From NCBI GenBank assembly GCA_964539395.1, contig CAZIIU010000015.1, positions 1,419 to 65,418 on the forward strand: a stretch of DNA of 64,000 nt, in the 5' to 3' direction. The stretch comes from an uncultured Bacteroidaceae bacterium. GTDB lineage: Bacteria; Bacteroidota; Bacteroidia; Bacteroidales; GCA-2748055. The position numbers were made by a program, and so were the translations under genes. The first letter of the stretch is position 1; each line of letters starts with the position of its first letter. Below are positions 18,159 through 28,959 of the stretch, piece by piece. The notes beneath the pieces were generated by a model, which worked only from the letters and a program-made list of their open reading frames with translations, was not told where the DNA came from and searched no databases.

Positions 18159-20297
18159 ATGGCAACGCTTGAAACGATCAGAAAAAGGGCAGGAATACTG
18201 GTAATGGGTGCAATCGGACTTGCAATGTTGGGGTTTATCCTTGGAGATTTTAACATTCAGCCGAACAGGACAGTCGCCGAGATCAACGGGAAAACATACA
18301 GCATTGAAGATTACCAGCAAGAGCAAAAGGTTTTGCTGGATTTTTATAAAATGAATTATGGCCAGAATCTTGATCCTGAGATCGAACGCCAGGTAGAGCA
18401 TGAAGCCTGGCGAAGAATGGTTCGTAACTCTGTGATGGACAGGTCGTATGATAAAATCGGTCTTGCGGTTAGTGACGATGAACTTAAAGCGATGGTTGCT
18501 GGTGACCCCTCAAGCGGAATTGGATCCGGTAGCTATGTTGCATTCAGCGAGCCTCACCCCATTATCCGTCAAATGTTCACCAATCCTGAGACAGGCGAGT
18601 TTAACCGTGCCTTCATGATGACTTATTTTAATTCACTCGACCGTGAAGAGTATGCCCAGGAACGACAAAGATGGCTCTTCATCGAGAATGAGATTGTTGA
18701 GGAACGGCTGAACCAGAAGTACCTGGCTTTGGTAGTAAAAGGTCTCAGGCCTTCCTCACTTGAGGTCCTGGATTATCACATGGAGACAGATAAAAAAGTT
18801 GACTTCAGCTTTGTAGCGCAGGGGTTTTCATCCATTCCGGATGAGGAGGTGCAGGTATCCGAAGCCGATATTAAAGCCTATTACCAGGAGAATATTGAGA
18901 ACTACATGACTGAAGAGTCAAGGTCGATCCAGTATGTGTCGTTTGAGGTTGTTCCAAGCGAAGAGGATGATGCCAACGCCATGCTATGGACGCAGCACAC
19001 GAAGGAGGAGTTCTCCAGGACTGAACAGGAAAATATCGTCTCTTATGTCAACGGAATCTCTGACGAACCCTTCGATCCTCAGTTTTACACTCCTTCAGAG
19101 CTGAACCCCATAATAAGGGATTCACTACTGAGCCTCCCGACCGGAAAAGTATACGGACCCTACTTTGAGGATAATGCCTATAAGCTTTCCCTGGTAAAAG
19201 ATATACAGTTACGACCCGACTCAGTAAGAGCAAGGCATATTCTGATAGGATATTCCATCGTTGGTAGCATGCAACGTGCGGTTGAACTGGCTGACAGCCT
19301 GAAAGCAGTTATTGAAAACGGCGGAAACTTCAGTGCAATAGCACGTGAATACTCTGCCGACGAGAGCAACCGGAACATCGGTGGCGACCTGGGATGGTTC
19401 ACTGAAGGTGTGATGGAGACACCTTTCAACAATGCTGCATTTGAAAACAATAAAGGTGACATTGTGAAGGCAACAACCCGGTTTGGCGTTCATATCCTGA
19501 TGATCGAGGACCAGAGCCGCCCGGTAAAGAAATACCAGATTGCCACCATCGTTCACAGTGTTTACCCCAGTAACGAAACCGACCAGGATTATTACAACAG
19601 GGCGGTAAAATTCAGAGGCAAGGCCACCAATATTGACCGCTTCGAAGAGCAGGCCAGTGAATATGGTATGAATCCCAGGATCGTGCCGGATATCACCAAG
19701 GATCAACGAACGATACCGGGACTTGAAAATCCGGTAAATATTATCGGATGGGCCTTTTCCGCGGAAAAGGGTGATGTCAGCACCATTTTTGAAGCAGGAA
19801 ACCAATATATCGTCGCTGCTCTTACGGAGGTTAAAGATGACGGTTATGCAACTCCTGAATCGGTTAGGGAAGAGATTGAAATTGCTGTAAGAAAACAAAA
19901 GAAAGGAGAAAAAATTGCTGCCTCTATGAATGAGGGGCTCAAGGAAACATCTGATATAGTATCATTTGCTGCAAGTCAGAACCTCGAACTGAAAGAAGCT
20001 ACACAGGTAGAATTTTCCAATACCTATGTACCGGGAATCGGACTTGAACCATTTATCATTGGAGCAGCGCTAAACCTGCCACCTGAAACCCTTTCCGGAC
20101 CCTACATCGGAGAGAATGCTGTGTTTGTGATCAGCGTTACAAATATCGATGCAGGAGATCCGGAAGCAAGCCTTGAGCGCGCGAAAAACAGGCTAAACAT
20201 TACTATCCGGTCATGGGCCAGCCAGGCGATTAACGAAGCGATGATAGATAAGGCGGATATTACAGACAACAGGCTCAGGATATTCTACAGCAGGTAA
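18159..20297 (+). CDS. Periplasmic chaperone / peptidyl-prolyl isomerase, PpiD-like
   Basis: 712 aa. N-terminal anchor MATLETIRKRAGILVMGAIGLAMLGF and a parvulin domain (ARHILIGY....GGDLGWF..G.M...F). Confidence 0.8.
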   Translation: MATLETIRKRAGILVMGAIGLAMLGFILGDFNIQPNRTVAEINGKTYSIEDYQQEQKVLLDFYKMNYGQNLDPEIERQVEHEAWRRMVRNSVMDRSYDKIGLAVSDDELKAMVAGDPSSGIGSGSYVAFSEPHPIIRQMFTNPETGEFNRAFMMTYFNSLDREEYAQERQRWLFIENEIVEERLNQKYLALVVKGLRPSSLEVLDYHMETDKKVDFSFVAQGFSSIPDEEVQVSEADIKAYYQENIENYMTEESRSIQYVSFEVVPSEEDDANAMLWTQHTKEEFSRTEQENIVSYVNGISDEPFDPQFYTPSELNPIIRDSLLSLPTGKVYGPYFEDNAYKLSLVKDIQLRPDSVRARHILIGYSIVGSMQRAVELADSLKAVIENGGNFSAIAREYSADESNRNIGGDLGWFTEGVMETPFNNAAFENNKGDIVKATTRFGVHILMIEDQSRPVKKYQIATIVHSVYPSNETDQDYYNRAVKFRGKATNIDRFEEQASEYGMNPRIVPDITKDQRTIPGLENPVNIIGWAFSAEKGDVSTIFEAGNQYIVAALTEVKDDGYATPESVREEIEIAVRKQKKGEKIAASMNEGLKETSDIVSFAASQNLELKEATQVEFSNTYVPGIGLEPFIIGAALNLPPETLSGPYIGENAVFVISVTNIDAGDPEASLERAKNRLNITIRSWASQAINEAMIDKADITDNRLRIFYSR

Positions 20298-20303
20298 GGG
20301 TAC

Positions 20304-21734
20304 TCAATCCACATTATCATGCAGGTATGAGTTGTCCTGCCGGAGTTTTGGCGACCTGTTCTCATCTTCCGATAACCGGTACCTTGATACCTCTTCACTT
20401 TCGGAATGATTCTGCGGGTCCATTTTTAACTTTTTCCTGATATAGGCAGGAACATTCTCAAGCTCATCGATTTCATCATCCTTTGAATGAGAAGTATACC
20501 CTCCCTCTTTCAACCGTTCATGTGTCTCTTTCAGACTGCGCACACGCTCGGCCATTTTGCGCTCCTTATCCCCAGGCTCCTTTGTATCCGACAACTGATC
20601 ATACAGAACATACTCTTCAGCTTTTCCATCATCGCCGGAATCGTCGAAATTAAACTTCTGCTGCATCGGTCTGATTTGGGTCCCTTCTGTTTTCGATCGC
20701 TCCCTGCTGTCACGTAGCGGCACATAATCAAGATGCTTCTTATCGGTATATACATCCAGGATATTATTCATCTGGAACCCTGTAGCGATGACCGTTACAC
20801 CTATTCTTTCCTCCAGGTTTGGATCATGTCCCATTCCCCAGATCAGCGTGGTCTTCTTGGAGGCAGAGGCGATCACATAATCGGTGATCTCAGATATCTC
20901 ATCCATCGTGATCTCCTTTACACCCGATGTGATGTTCAGCAGGATACTTCGTGCTCCTGTAATCTCATTATTATTCAGTAACGGAGAATTCAGCGCTGCC
21001 TCAATCGCTTTCACTGCCCTGTTCTCCCCCTCGGCATATGCAGATCCCATCACAGCACCACCGCTATTACTCATCACTGTCTCTACATCAGCAAAATCTA
21101 CATTGACATACCCGGGAACAGTAATAATCTCAGCAATACCCTTTGCTGCCGTAGCCAGAACATCATCAGCACGGGAAAATGCCTCACTAAGTGTCAGGTT
21201 TCCATAAACTTCCCGAAGTCGCTCATTCTTGATCACCAGTAAAGAATCAACATGATCTTTTAATTCGTTGATTCCCTTGATGGCATGATTGATCCTTTCG
21301 GGTCCTTCAAAACCAAAGGGTATTGTAACGATGGCTACCGTAAGGATGCCCATCTCCCTGGCCGTCTTTGCTATCACCGGGGCAGCTCCCGTACCGGTAC
21401 CACCACCCATTCCGGCAGTTATAAACGCCATACTTGTATTTGCAACCAGGATATCCTTGATAGCATCCAGACTCTCCAGTGCGGCCTGTCGCCCAATATC
21501 CGGCTTACTACCAGCTCCCCTTCCAAGGGTGAGGGACTCTCCCAATTGCAGTTTTACTGCAACCGGACTGTTCGTCAGGGCCTGGGCATCGGTATTGCAC
21601 ACAACAAAGTTTACATCCTTTATACCCTTGTGAAACATGTGATTAACAGCATTTCCGCCACCTCCTCCCACACCGATCACCTTGATGACAGAAGATCTTT
21701 CAGGTGCGAGATCAAAATTCAAAATATCATTCAT
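20304..21734 (-). CDS. ftsZ: Cell division GTPase FtsZ
   Basis: GVGGGGGNAVNHM and the GGGTGTGAAPV tubulin signature. Long linker and C-terminal peptide ENVPAYIRKKL. Confidence 0.98.
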   Translation of the reverse strand: MNDILNFDLAPERSSVIKVIGVGGGGGNAVNHMFHKGIKDVNFVVCNTDAQALTNSPVAVKLQLGESLTLGRGAGSKPDIGRQAALESLDAIKDILVANTSMAFITAGMGGGTGTGAAPVIAKTAREMGILTVAIVTIPFGFEGPERINHAIKGINELKDHVDSLLVIKNERLREVYGNLTLSEAFSRADDVLATAAKGIAEIITVPGYVNVDFADVETVMSNSGGAVMGSAYAEGENRAVKAIEAALNSPLLNNNEITGARSILLNITSGVKEITMDEISEITDYVIASASKKTTLIWGMGHDPNLEERIGVTVIATGFQMNNILDVYTDKKHLDYVPLRDSRERSKTEGTQIRPMQQKFNFDDSGDDGKAEEYVLYDQLSDTKEPGDKERKMAERVRSLKETHERLKEGGYTSHSKDDEIDELENVPAYIRKKLKMDPQNHSESEEVSRYRLSEDENRSPKLRQDNSYLHDNVD

Positions 21735-21787
21735 AACTGATTGTTTTAGTATTCAACACGACCCTCTGTAATACACATACTATATTC

Positions 21788-23119
21788 TTACATTTTAACA
21801 TCACTCTCATCGAATATATCACTCAGTGTATTTTTTAGTCCCTCCAGCAACTTTCCCCCCCTGAAACGGTCCTTCATTCTTCTCCTGCCAAGCTCCTCGG
21901 GTTGAACCTGCTCAACCGGTTCTTCGCCAAGGTTACTTACAAGCAACGATTCTTTGTTCTCTTCATATATCTCAAGTCCCTTTAGCAGTAGGCCTATCGA
22001 TGTACTGTACATCGGCTGGTTAATCTCTTCAGGCGTTCCGGCAGCAAGGCTTTCGTTTGGATAACCGATCCTGACGTCCAGTCCGGTTTTGAACTTAACA
22101 AGCTGGTTCAGGTTTTTAAGCATCGCCCCTCCTCCAGTCAGGACAATCCCTGCGCTCAGCTTATCCATGTAGCCCGAATTCTCGATCTCATAAACCACCG
22201 CATCAATGATCTCCTCCATACGCGATTGGATGATGTAGGCCAGACTCTTAAAACTGATCTCTTTCGGATCGCGGCCCGATATGCCAGGAATGGTTACCAC
22301 TTTATCGTCCTGTGCAAGATCGCCCAATGCGCTGCCAAACTGCACCTTCAGTGATTCAGCCTGGCGCTGCAGTATAGCACATCCTTCTTTAATATCACGT
22401 GTTACCACATTACCGCCAAAAGGGATCACTGCGGTATGTCTGATCACATCATCATAGTAAACAGCTACGTCGGTGGTTCCACCTCCAATATCGACCAGAG
22501 CCACACCTGCCTCTTTCTCATCGTCCGTTAATACCGCAGCACTTGAAGCAAGTGGCTCCAGAACCAGCTGCTTAACCTGCAGTCCCACCCTGTGGATGCA
22601 CTTCTCGATGTTCCTGGCAGATGATATCTGTCCGATCACAATATGAAAGTTGGCCTCAAGCCGTTTCCCCGACATTCCCACAGGGTTTTTAACTCCTGTC
22701 TCATTATCCACAATATAGTTCTGGGGTAGCACATGAATGATCTCCTCTCCTACATCTACCGGTATCTTGTACATATCCTGAATCAAGGCGTGAAGATCCT
22801 CACGTGTGATCTCATCTTCGTAGGAATCGCGGTTTACATAGCCGCGATTCCTCACAGATTTAATATGCTGACCCGCAATTCCGACGAATACCTCCGAGAA
22901 CTGTAAACCGGATTGTTCCCTGACCTGAGAGATGGTACTTTGAATAGCGTTCACCGTCTCTTCGATATTCAGAACTACTCCTCTTTTTACACCTTTGGAT
23001 GCAGACCTGCTGATTCCAAGTACTTCGAGCCTGTTATGCTCATTCAACCGGCCTATCAAACTTACTATTTTCGTAGTACCGATGTCAATTGCTGCTACAA
23101 TGCGATTTTCCTGCGCCAT
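21788..23119 (-). CDS. ftsA: Cell division protein FtsA
   Basis: Actin-like ATPase motifs AAIDIGTTKIVSL, VDIGGGTTDVAVY, VLTGGGAML. Its position is between ftsQ and ftsZ. Confidence 0.97.
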   Translation of the reverse strand: MAQENRIVAAIDIGTTKIVSLIGRLNEHNRLEVLGISRSASKGVKRGVVLNIEETVNAIQSTISQVREQSGLQFSEVFVGIAGQHIKSVRNRGYVNRDSYEDEITREDLHALIQDMYKIPVDVGEEIIHVLPQNYIVDNETGVKNPVGMSGKRLEANFHIVIGQISSARNIEKCIHRVGLQVKQLVLEPLASSAAVLTDDEKEAGVALVDIGGGTTDVAVYYDDVIRHTAVIPFGGNVVTRDIKEGCAILQRQAESLKVQFGSALGDLAQDDKVVTIPGISGRDPKEISFKSLAYIIQSRMEEIIDAVVYEIENSGYMDKLSAGIVLTGGGAMLKNLNQLVKFKTGLDVRIGYPNESLAAGTPEEINQPMYSTSIGLLLKGLEIYEENKESLLVSNLGEEPVEQVQPEELGRRRMKDRFRGGKLLEGLKNTLSDIFDESDVKM

Positions 23120-23124
23120 AATAT

Positions 23125-23922
23125 TTAACGTTTAGTACAAATTATCTGATTAGAATATTTTAGATTGATCTTATCATACCTGTTCCATCCATACTTTTTC
23201 AAGCCCTGCTCGTAAAGAAGTCCCAGGTTATTTATCTTTATTTCATAATCCTCCAGCGATCCGAATTGTATCTGGTGCGCCCCGACGCGGGGAATCAACT
23301 CGTATTCACCATTCGCAGCCCTGTATAGCTGCACGATCTGCCTGCTCCAGAAGGGATGCTCCGAAACCAGTTTTGCAAAACCGACAAGGTTTCGAACCTC
23401 TTCACTGGTAATGGTATCTGCCATCCTGTTGCCATCTGCATCTGTTGTTTCCGGAATGGGGACATAGCCTGTGAGCAAAAGTACCATAGGTGAATAACCC
23501 TCGGAGAGCGGCAGAATTTTATTTTCGTGATCAATGTAAAATCCCCTTTTTCCATTTGGCAGCACCCTGATCAACGGCTGGCGCTGCTCAATATCAACAA
23601 GAAGTTTCCCTTCCACATTGATATACACTTCAGCGTTCCTCACATAGGGATCTTTCTCAATTATAAATTCCAGGTCGTGTGTCTGAATACCCTGCACAGG
23701 ATATCCCTGGGTATTGATATCCGACCCGTCGATGATTTTTCTTACCGCTGATTCAGTGACAAAGCGCACTTCAGCCGTGTCAGAAACAGCTACAATAATC
23801 TCCCCGCAAAGAATCTCTGAATTGCTCCTGGAGACAAAGCCCATGATCACTGCAAACCAGAAAACCAGGGCAACCCAGAAAACAATATGTATAATCTTTC
23901 TGATCATCACCGTTCCATCCAT
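23125..23922 (-). CDS. ftsQ: Cell division protein FtsQ
   Basis: Single N-terminal TM (IIHIVFWVALVFWFAVIMGFV) followed by a POTRA-like region. Its position is between murC and ftsA. The start could instead be the ATG at 23907 (MIRKII..). Confidence 0.8.
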   Translation of the reverse strand: MDGTVMIRKIIHIVFWVALVFWFAVIMGFVSRSNSEILCGEIIVAVSDTAEVRFVTESAVRKIIDGSDINTQGYPVQGIQTHDLEFIIEKDPYVRNAEVYINVEGKLLVDIEQRQPLIRVLPNGKRGFYIDHENKILPLSEGYSPMVLLLTGYVPIPETTDADGNRMADTITSEEVRNLVGFAKLVSEHPFWSRQIVQLYRAANGEYELIPRVGAHQIQFGSLEDYEIKINNLGLLYEQGLKKYGWNRYDKINLKYSNQIICTKR

Positions 23923-25274
23923 GTTTTTAGTGGTTCAACCATTGTGTCTATATTGCCTGCTCCCATAGTTAGCAACACCTCCGGATTCCTTTCCTTCAGC
24001 ACCTTTAAAAGCTGCGAATCTTCAATCAGGACCTTCTCATCCAGGGTCACCTCCCTGAAAATCAGGTCGGAGGTCACCCCAGGAACCGACTCCTCCCGGG
24101 CAGGATAGATGTGTAAAAGTATCAGCTCGTCAAGAAGTGACAGGCTTTTTCCAAAACCGTTGGCAAAATCCCTTGTCCGCGAGAAGAGATGTGGCTGAAA
24201 AATCCCAGTGATCCGCCTGCCCGGGTATATCTCCCTTACCGACCTGATAAAAGCTTTTATCTCCTCAGGGTGGTGAGCATAGTCGTCGATATAAACCCTG
24301 TCATCCCGCATTACTTTCACATCAAAACGGCGCCTCACCCCGGTGAACTCCCTGAGGGCCAATGATATCTGCTCCGGAAGCATACCCGACTGTTCGGCGA
24401 CTGCAATGGCTGCAAGTGCATTCTCCACATTCAGCAATCCGGGTACCCCAAGTGATACTTCAATCATATTCTTTGGGGTTTTTACTGTAAACTGGTGCAG
24501 ACCTTTTATAAGATCCAGCTTCACAATGTGGTAATCGGCACCCGGATCGTCCAATGCATAGGTAAACAGGTCGAGGTGATCAGGTATGCTGATCATGATC
24601 CCCGACTTCAGAATCAGTTTACCTTTTTCGCGTATCTGGTTTACAAACTGAACGAACCCGGCCTCGAGATTCTCTTTCGAACCATAAATATCAAGGTGAT
24701 CTGGATCGATTGATGTGATTACTGCGATATCCGGGAAAAGTGCGTGGAAGGACCTGTCGTACTCATCGGCCTCTGCGATTATTGTTTCGGCAGTCGGGTG
24801 TACCACCAGATTGCTATCAAAATTCTTCGAAATACCTCCCAGGAATGCATTACATCCCTTCTTCGACTTCGACATAATAAATGCCAGCATGGTCGAAACG
24901 GAGGTTTTGCCATGTGTACCTGCCACTGCGATACCGCGCCCAGCATTGAATACCTCACCCAGGGCAACAGACCGCTTAATTACCCTGAAGCCCCGGCTCC
25001 GGAAAAATTGCAGTTCACTACAATACTCGGGAACAGCCGGCGTATAGATTACCAGTGTATCCTCAGGTTCCCTGAAAGATGAGGGAATATTTGACGGTTT
25101 GTCAATAAAATGAACATCAACCCCTTCCCTGGCCAACTGATCAGTCAGCGCAGTGGAAGTCCGGTCGTATCCGGCCACATTTTTTCCACGCTTCAGGAAA
25201 AACCTCGCCAGGGCGCTCATACCGATGCCTCCGATACCCACAAAATAGACGCTATCAAGGTTTTTCCAGATCAT
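23907..25274 (-). CDS. murC: UDP-N-acetylmuramate--L-alanine ligase
   Basis: FVGIGGIGMSALA, AVAGTHGKTSVSTM, DDYAHHP. Confidence 0.97.
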   Translation of the reverse strand: MIWKNLDSVYFVGIGGIGMSALARFFLKRGKNVAGYDRTSTALTDQLAREGVDVHFIDKPSNIPSSFREPEDTLVIYTPAVPEYCSELQFFRSRGFRVIKRSVALGEVFNAGRGIAVAGTHGKTSVSTMLAFIMSKSKKGCNAFLGGISKNFDSNLVVHPTAETIIAEADEYDRSFHALFPDIAVITSIDPDHLDIYGSKENLEAGFVQFVNQIREKGKLILKSGIMISIPDHLDLFTYALDDPGADYHIVKLDLIKGLHQFTVKTPKNMIEVSLGVPGLLNVENALAAIAVAEQSGMLPEQISLALREFTGVRRRFDVKVMRDDRVYIDDYAHHPEEIKAFIRSVREIYPGRRITGIFQPHLFSRTRDFANGFGKSLSLLDELILLHIYPAREESVPGVTSDLIFREVTLDEKVLIEDSQLLKVLKERNPEVLLTMGAGNIDTMVEPLKTWMER

Positions 25275-26386
25275 TCTTTCTCCAACAGTTTAATTATCTC
25301 ACGAGCAATCTGCTCCGAAGAGCCGGTGACCGCGAATTTCTTTATATTTTCCGACAGATGTCTTTTCCTCTCCTCGTCATGTACCAGTGCGATAGCAGTT
25401 GCAACCAGCTCCTTTTCGGCGTCCCGGTCAGCCACCACCATACCTGCCTGCCGGTCGGTAAGTGCCTTTGCATTGCTTGTTTGATGGTCCTCTGCAACGT
25501 TGGGGGACGGCACCAGGATCACCGGCTTTCCTACAATGCACAGTTCAGAGATCGTTCCTGCACCGGCCCGCGACACGATTACATCTGCTACCTGAAAGGC
25601 ACGGTTCATCTCTTCAATAAAGGGGCACAGGACGATATTTCCGGCGCCGCACTGCTCAAGGGCAGCGAGGGCCCGCTCATAATAGGCGCTGCCCGATTGC
25701 CAGATCAGCTGTATGTCGGAATCTGCAATTGTATCTATATTGGTAATAACACTTTCGTTAAGGGTTCTCGCCCCCAAACTGCCACCGATTAAAAGGATCA
25801 CCTTTTTGTCAGGCAGCAGGCCAAAATGCCCGTAACTCCTTTGCATTTCACCACCTGGCAGGATCAGGTCATCCCTTACCGGATTGCCAGTAATTACTAT
25901 CTTTTCAGCAGGGAAATACTTTTCCATCCCAGGGTAGGCAACACATATTTTTGCAGCAGTCTTGGCAAGCAGCCTGTTGGTAACCCCAGCGTAGGAGTTC
26001 TGCTCCTGTATAACTACCGGCACCGATCTTCGTGAAGCAGCCTTAATAATTGGTCCACTGGCATAACCTCCTACCCCTATGGCAATATGCGGATCAAATC
26101 TCCTGACCAGCTGTTGTGAGATAACCATGCTCCTTAACAGCTTGAAGAAAAAGGTTATGTTCCTCCACGACAACCTTCGCTGAAAGCCCGCAACAGGCAA
26201 CCCGACGATATCATACCCCGCTTCAGGCACCTTCTGCATCTCCATCTTTCCAAGCGCTCCAACGAAGAGGATTGCAGGATTATCGAGCATCCTGCTGAGT
26301 ACATTAGCAATCGAGATTGCCGGGAAGACATGTCCCCCGGTTCCGCCTCCGCCAATTATGATCCTATATCGCTTCGCTTCTGTCAT
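25271..26386 (-). CDS. murG: Undecaprenyldiphospho-muramoylpentapeptide beta-N-acetylglucosaminyltransferase
   Basis: GGGTGGHVFPAISIA, SRAGAGTISEL. 4-nt overlap with murC. Confidence 0.97.
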   Translation of the reverse strand: MTEAKRYRIIIGGGGTGGHVFPAISIANVLSRMLDNPAILFVGALGKMEMQKVPEAGYDIVGLPVAGFQRRLSWRNITFFFKLLRSMVISQQLVRRFDPHIAIGVGGYASGPIIKAASRRSVPVVIQEQNSYAGVTNRLLAKTAAKICVAYPGMEKYFPAEKIVITGNPVRDDLILPGGEMQRSYGHFGLLPDKKVILLIGGSLGARTLNESVITNIDTIADSDIQLIWQSGSAYYERALAALEQCGAGNIVLCPFIEEMNRAFQVADVIVSRAGAGTISELCIVGKPVILVPSPNVAEDHQTSNAKALTDRQAGMVVADRDAEKELVATAIALVHDEERKRHLSENIKKFAVTGSSEQIAREIIKLLEKE

Positions 26387-27560
26387 CAGCTATATCTTCA
26401 TGCATATTTTCTGTTGCCTCCTCCTGTTCCTGTATTTCAAGTTCCTTCGCCACACCCCAGCTAACACTGAGTATCATTCCAAGCGCCATGCTGGTAAAAA
26501 ACATAGACGATCCTCCCATGCTCACCAGCGGAAGTGTCTGTCCGGTTACCGGCAAAAGTCCGACTGTTACCCCCATATTTACAAACGCCTGGAACACCAG
26601 GCCAAGGGCAAGTCCGAAGGCCAGGAACGCCCCGAATGTACTCTTAGACCGCCGTACGATCAGTCCCGTCCTGAACAGGAGCCAGAGATAGAGAAACACC
26701 AACAGCAGACCACCGATCAGTGAACCGTACTCTTCTATGATAATCGCGAAAATGAAATCGGAGTAGGGATGTGGCAGTAGTACGCGCTGGGTGCTGGTAC
26801 CCGGACCGTTAGGGAGGAACCCACCTCTTACAATCGCAACTTTGGCCTGATCTGACTGGAAATTATCCCCTTCACCGGTGACATACCTTTCAATCCTGCT
26901 CTTCCATGTGGTGATCCTACCCTCTCTGCTCATAGCCGTAGAGAGCAACAGGAACAATCCAAGACCGGCCAGGCCAATCCCGATATAGAGAGCCAGGTAC
27001 TTAACAGGTACCCGGCCGATGAATAACAAAATAAAGGACACTGTAAAGATAATCGCTGCAGTCGACAGGTTGGTCGGTAATATCAGGAGGCAGACAAATG
27101 AGATTGCCGCTACCACTTTCAGAAACACCCCCCTGAAACTATCCATGTTATTCTGGTTGTTACCAAGAATACGTGCCAGGTACATGATCAGTGCAAACTT
27201 AGCGAATTCAGAGGGCTGAAAGGTGTTGTTGGTACCGGGAATGGCCAGCCAGCGGTTTGCCTCGTTGATTTCCTGGCCCCTGACCAGGGTAATTACCAGC
27301 AGTACAATGGCTGCAGCAAGGAATCCGATCGACAGCTTGTTAAAGACACGGTAGGGAATAATCTGAAAAAAAATGATCACAGCCAGCCCAAGAACAATGT
27401 ACTTGAACTGCCTGAACAGGTAATAATAGGTATCGCCTGAAACCTTTTTGTAAGCAAGCGAGCCGGTTGAGCTATACACCGATAGCAGCGATACTACGCT
27501 CAGTATGATAATGACCGTCCAGATCACCCTGTCGCCTCGTATGTATTTAATCGCTTGCAT
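26364..27560 (-). CDS. ftsW: SEDS-family peptidoglycan polymerase FtsW
   Basis: A ~10-TM protein with QPSEFAKF, PHPYSDFIFAII.EE.G, and TGQTLPLVSMGGSS. Confidence 0.93.
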   Translation of the reverse strand: MQAIKYIRGDRVIWTVIIILSVVSLLSVYSSTGSLAYKKVSGDTYYYLFRQFKYIVLGLAVIIFFQIIPYRVFNKLSIGFLAAAIVLLVITLVRGQEINEANRWLAIPGTNNTFQPSEFAKFALIMYLARILGNNQNNMDSFRGVFLKVVAAISFVCLLILPTNLSTAAIIFTVSFILLFIGRVPVKYLALYIGIGLAGLGLFLLLSTAMSREGRITTWKSRIERYVTGEGDNFQSDQAKVAIVRGGFLPNGPGTSTQRVLLPHPYSDFIFAIIIEEYGSLIGGLLLVFLYLWLLFRTGLIVRRSKSTFGAFLAFGLALGLVFQAFVNMGVTVGLLPVTGQTLPLVSMGGSSMFFTSMALGMILSVSWGVAKELEIQEQEEATENMHEDIADDRSEAI

Positions 27561-27604
27561 CTGACTGATATTCCCGGTTAAATAAAATTCTGTTAAGTGC
27601 TTGT

Positions 27605-28951
27605 TTATAACTCCCTGATTGCTTCCTTAAATTTCCTGCCGCGGTCCTCATAGCTTTCAAACAGATCGAAGCTTGCACAGGCAGGCGAAAGGAGTATGGT
27701 ATCATCCTTATTGGCAAGGTAATACGCCGATTTCACCGCCTCCATCATTCCCGGCGCCTCAACAATGGTATCTACCTTATCGCTGAAAGCATCGATCAAT
27801 CGCGTGTTGTCCTTCCCGAGGCAGACGATTGCCTTCACCTTGGAGCTAACCAGATCATATAATTCTGCATAGTTGTTTCCCTTATCCACCCCACCAGCAA
27901 TCCACACTATATTCCCGTGTACACTTTCAAGCGCGTACCAGGTAGAGTTGACATTGGTTGCTTTGGAATCGTTAATGAAATTGATTCCGTGCACCTTGTT
28001 CAGATGCTCGAGCCGGTGCTCGATCCCCTGAAAGTCCATCATCGCCTCGCGGATTAAATCGTTCCTGATTTTCAGCACATTACCAGCAATACCGGCAGCC
28101 ATACTGTTATAGGTATTGTGCCGTCCCCTCAGGGCCAGTTCATGCACCGACATGGAGAAATCCACATCTTCAAATTCAATATGCATCATCTCCCTTTTAT
28201 CCACCCATGCCACATCATCCTCTTTTCTCTCGTAAGCATAGGGAAGGTGTACTGCACGGGAGACGATCCTCTCCAACTCTTTCACCGTGATCTCGTCGTC
28301 GGAACAGAATACAAAATAGTCCTCCTCAGTGAGGTTCTGTGTGATCCGGAATTTTGAATCGACATAATTCTGCAAATTGTAGTCGTAACGATCCATGTGA
28401 TCGGCTGTAATATTCAGCAGGATCGCTATATCGGCCTTGAATTCATACATACCGTCGAGCTGAAAACTACTAAGTTCAAGGACATAATAGTCGTAGTCCT
28501 CGTGGGCCACCTGTAATGCAAAGCTGCGTCCTACGTTACCGGCGATACCAACGTTCAATCCGGCCTTCCGCAGCATATGATGGATCAACGAGGTAGTGGT
28601 TGTCTTTCCGTTGCTGCCGGTTACGCAAATCTTTCTGGCATTGGTATACCTTCCTGCGAATTCGATCTCGGAGATCACATGCAATCCCTTTTTTCTTATT
28701 GATCGCATGATCGGCGCGCTCTCCGGGATACCCGGACTCTTAATGATCTCGTCGGCATTCAATATCTGACGTTCGGTATGACCATTTCCTTCGAAAAGAA
28801 TCTGGTACTCATTTAGCATATCCCTGTACCTGGGATTGATCTTTCCTGAGTCGGAAACAAATACATCAAATCCCTGTTCTTTTGCCAGGATCGCCGATCC
28901 GGTTCCGCTCTCACCGGCTCCAAGAATCACTATTCGTTCTCTCTTCTCCAT
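27605..28951 (-). CDS. murD: UDP-N-acetylmuramoylalanine--D-glutamate ligase
   Basis: VILGAGESGTGSA, VTGSNGKTTTTSL, NDSKATN. Confidence 0.97.
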   Translation of the reverse strand: MEKRERIVILGAGESGTGSAILAKEQGFDVFVSDSGKINPRYRDMLNEYQILFEGNGHTERQILNADEIIKSPGIPESAPIMRSIRKKGLHVISEIEFAGRYTNARKICVTGSNGKTTTTSLIHHMLRKAGLNVGIAGNVGRSFALQVAHEDYDYYVLELSSFQLDGMYEFKADIAILLNITADHMDRYDYNLQNYVDSKFRITQNLTEEDYFVFCSDDEITVKELERIVSRAVHLPYAYERKEDDVAWVDKREMMHIEFEDVDFSMSVHELALRGRHNTYNSMAAGIAGNVLKIRNDLIREAMMDFQGIEHRLEHLNKVHGINFINDSKATNVNSTWYALESVHGNIVWIAGGVDKGNNYAELYDLVSSKVKAIVCLGKDNTRLIDAFSDKVDTIVEAPGMMEAVKSAYYLANKDDTILLSPACASFDLFESYEDRGRKFKEAIREL

Positions 28952-28959
28952 GTCTATTG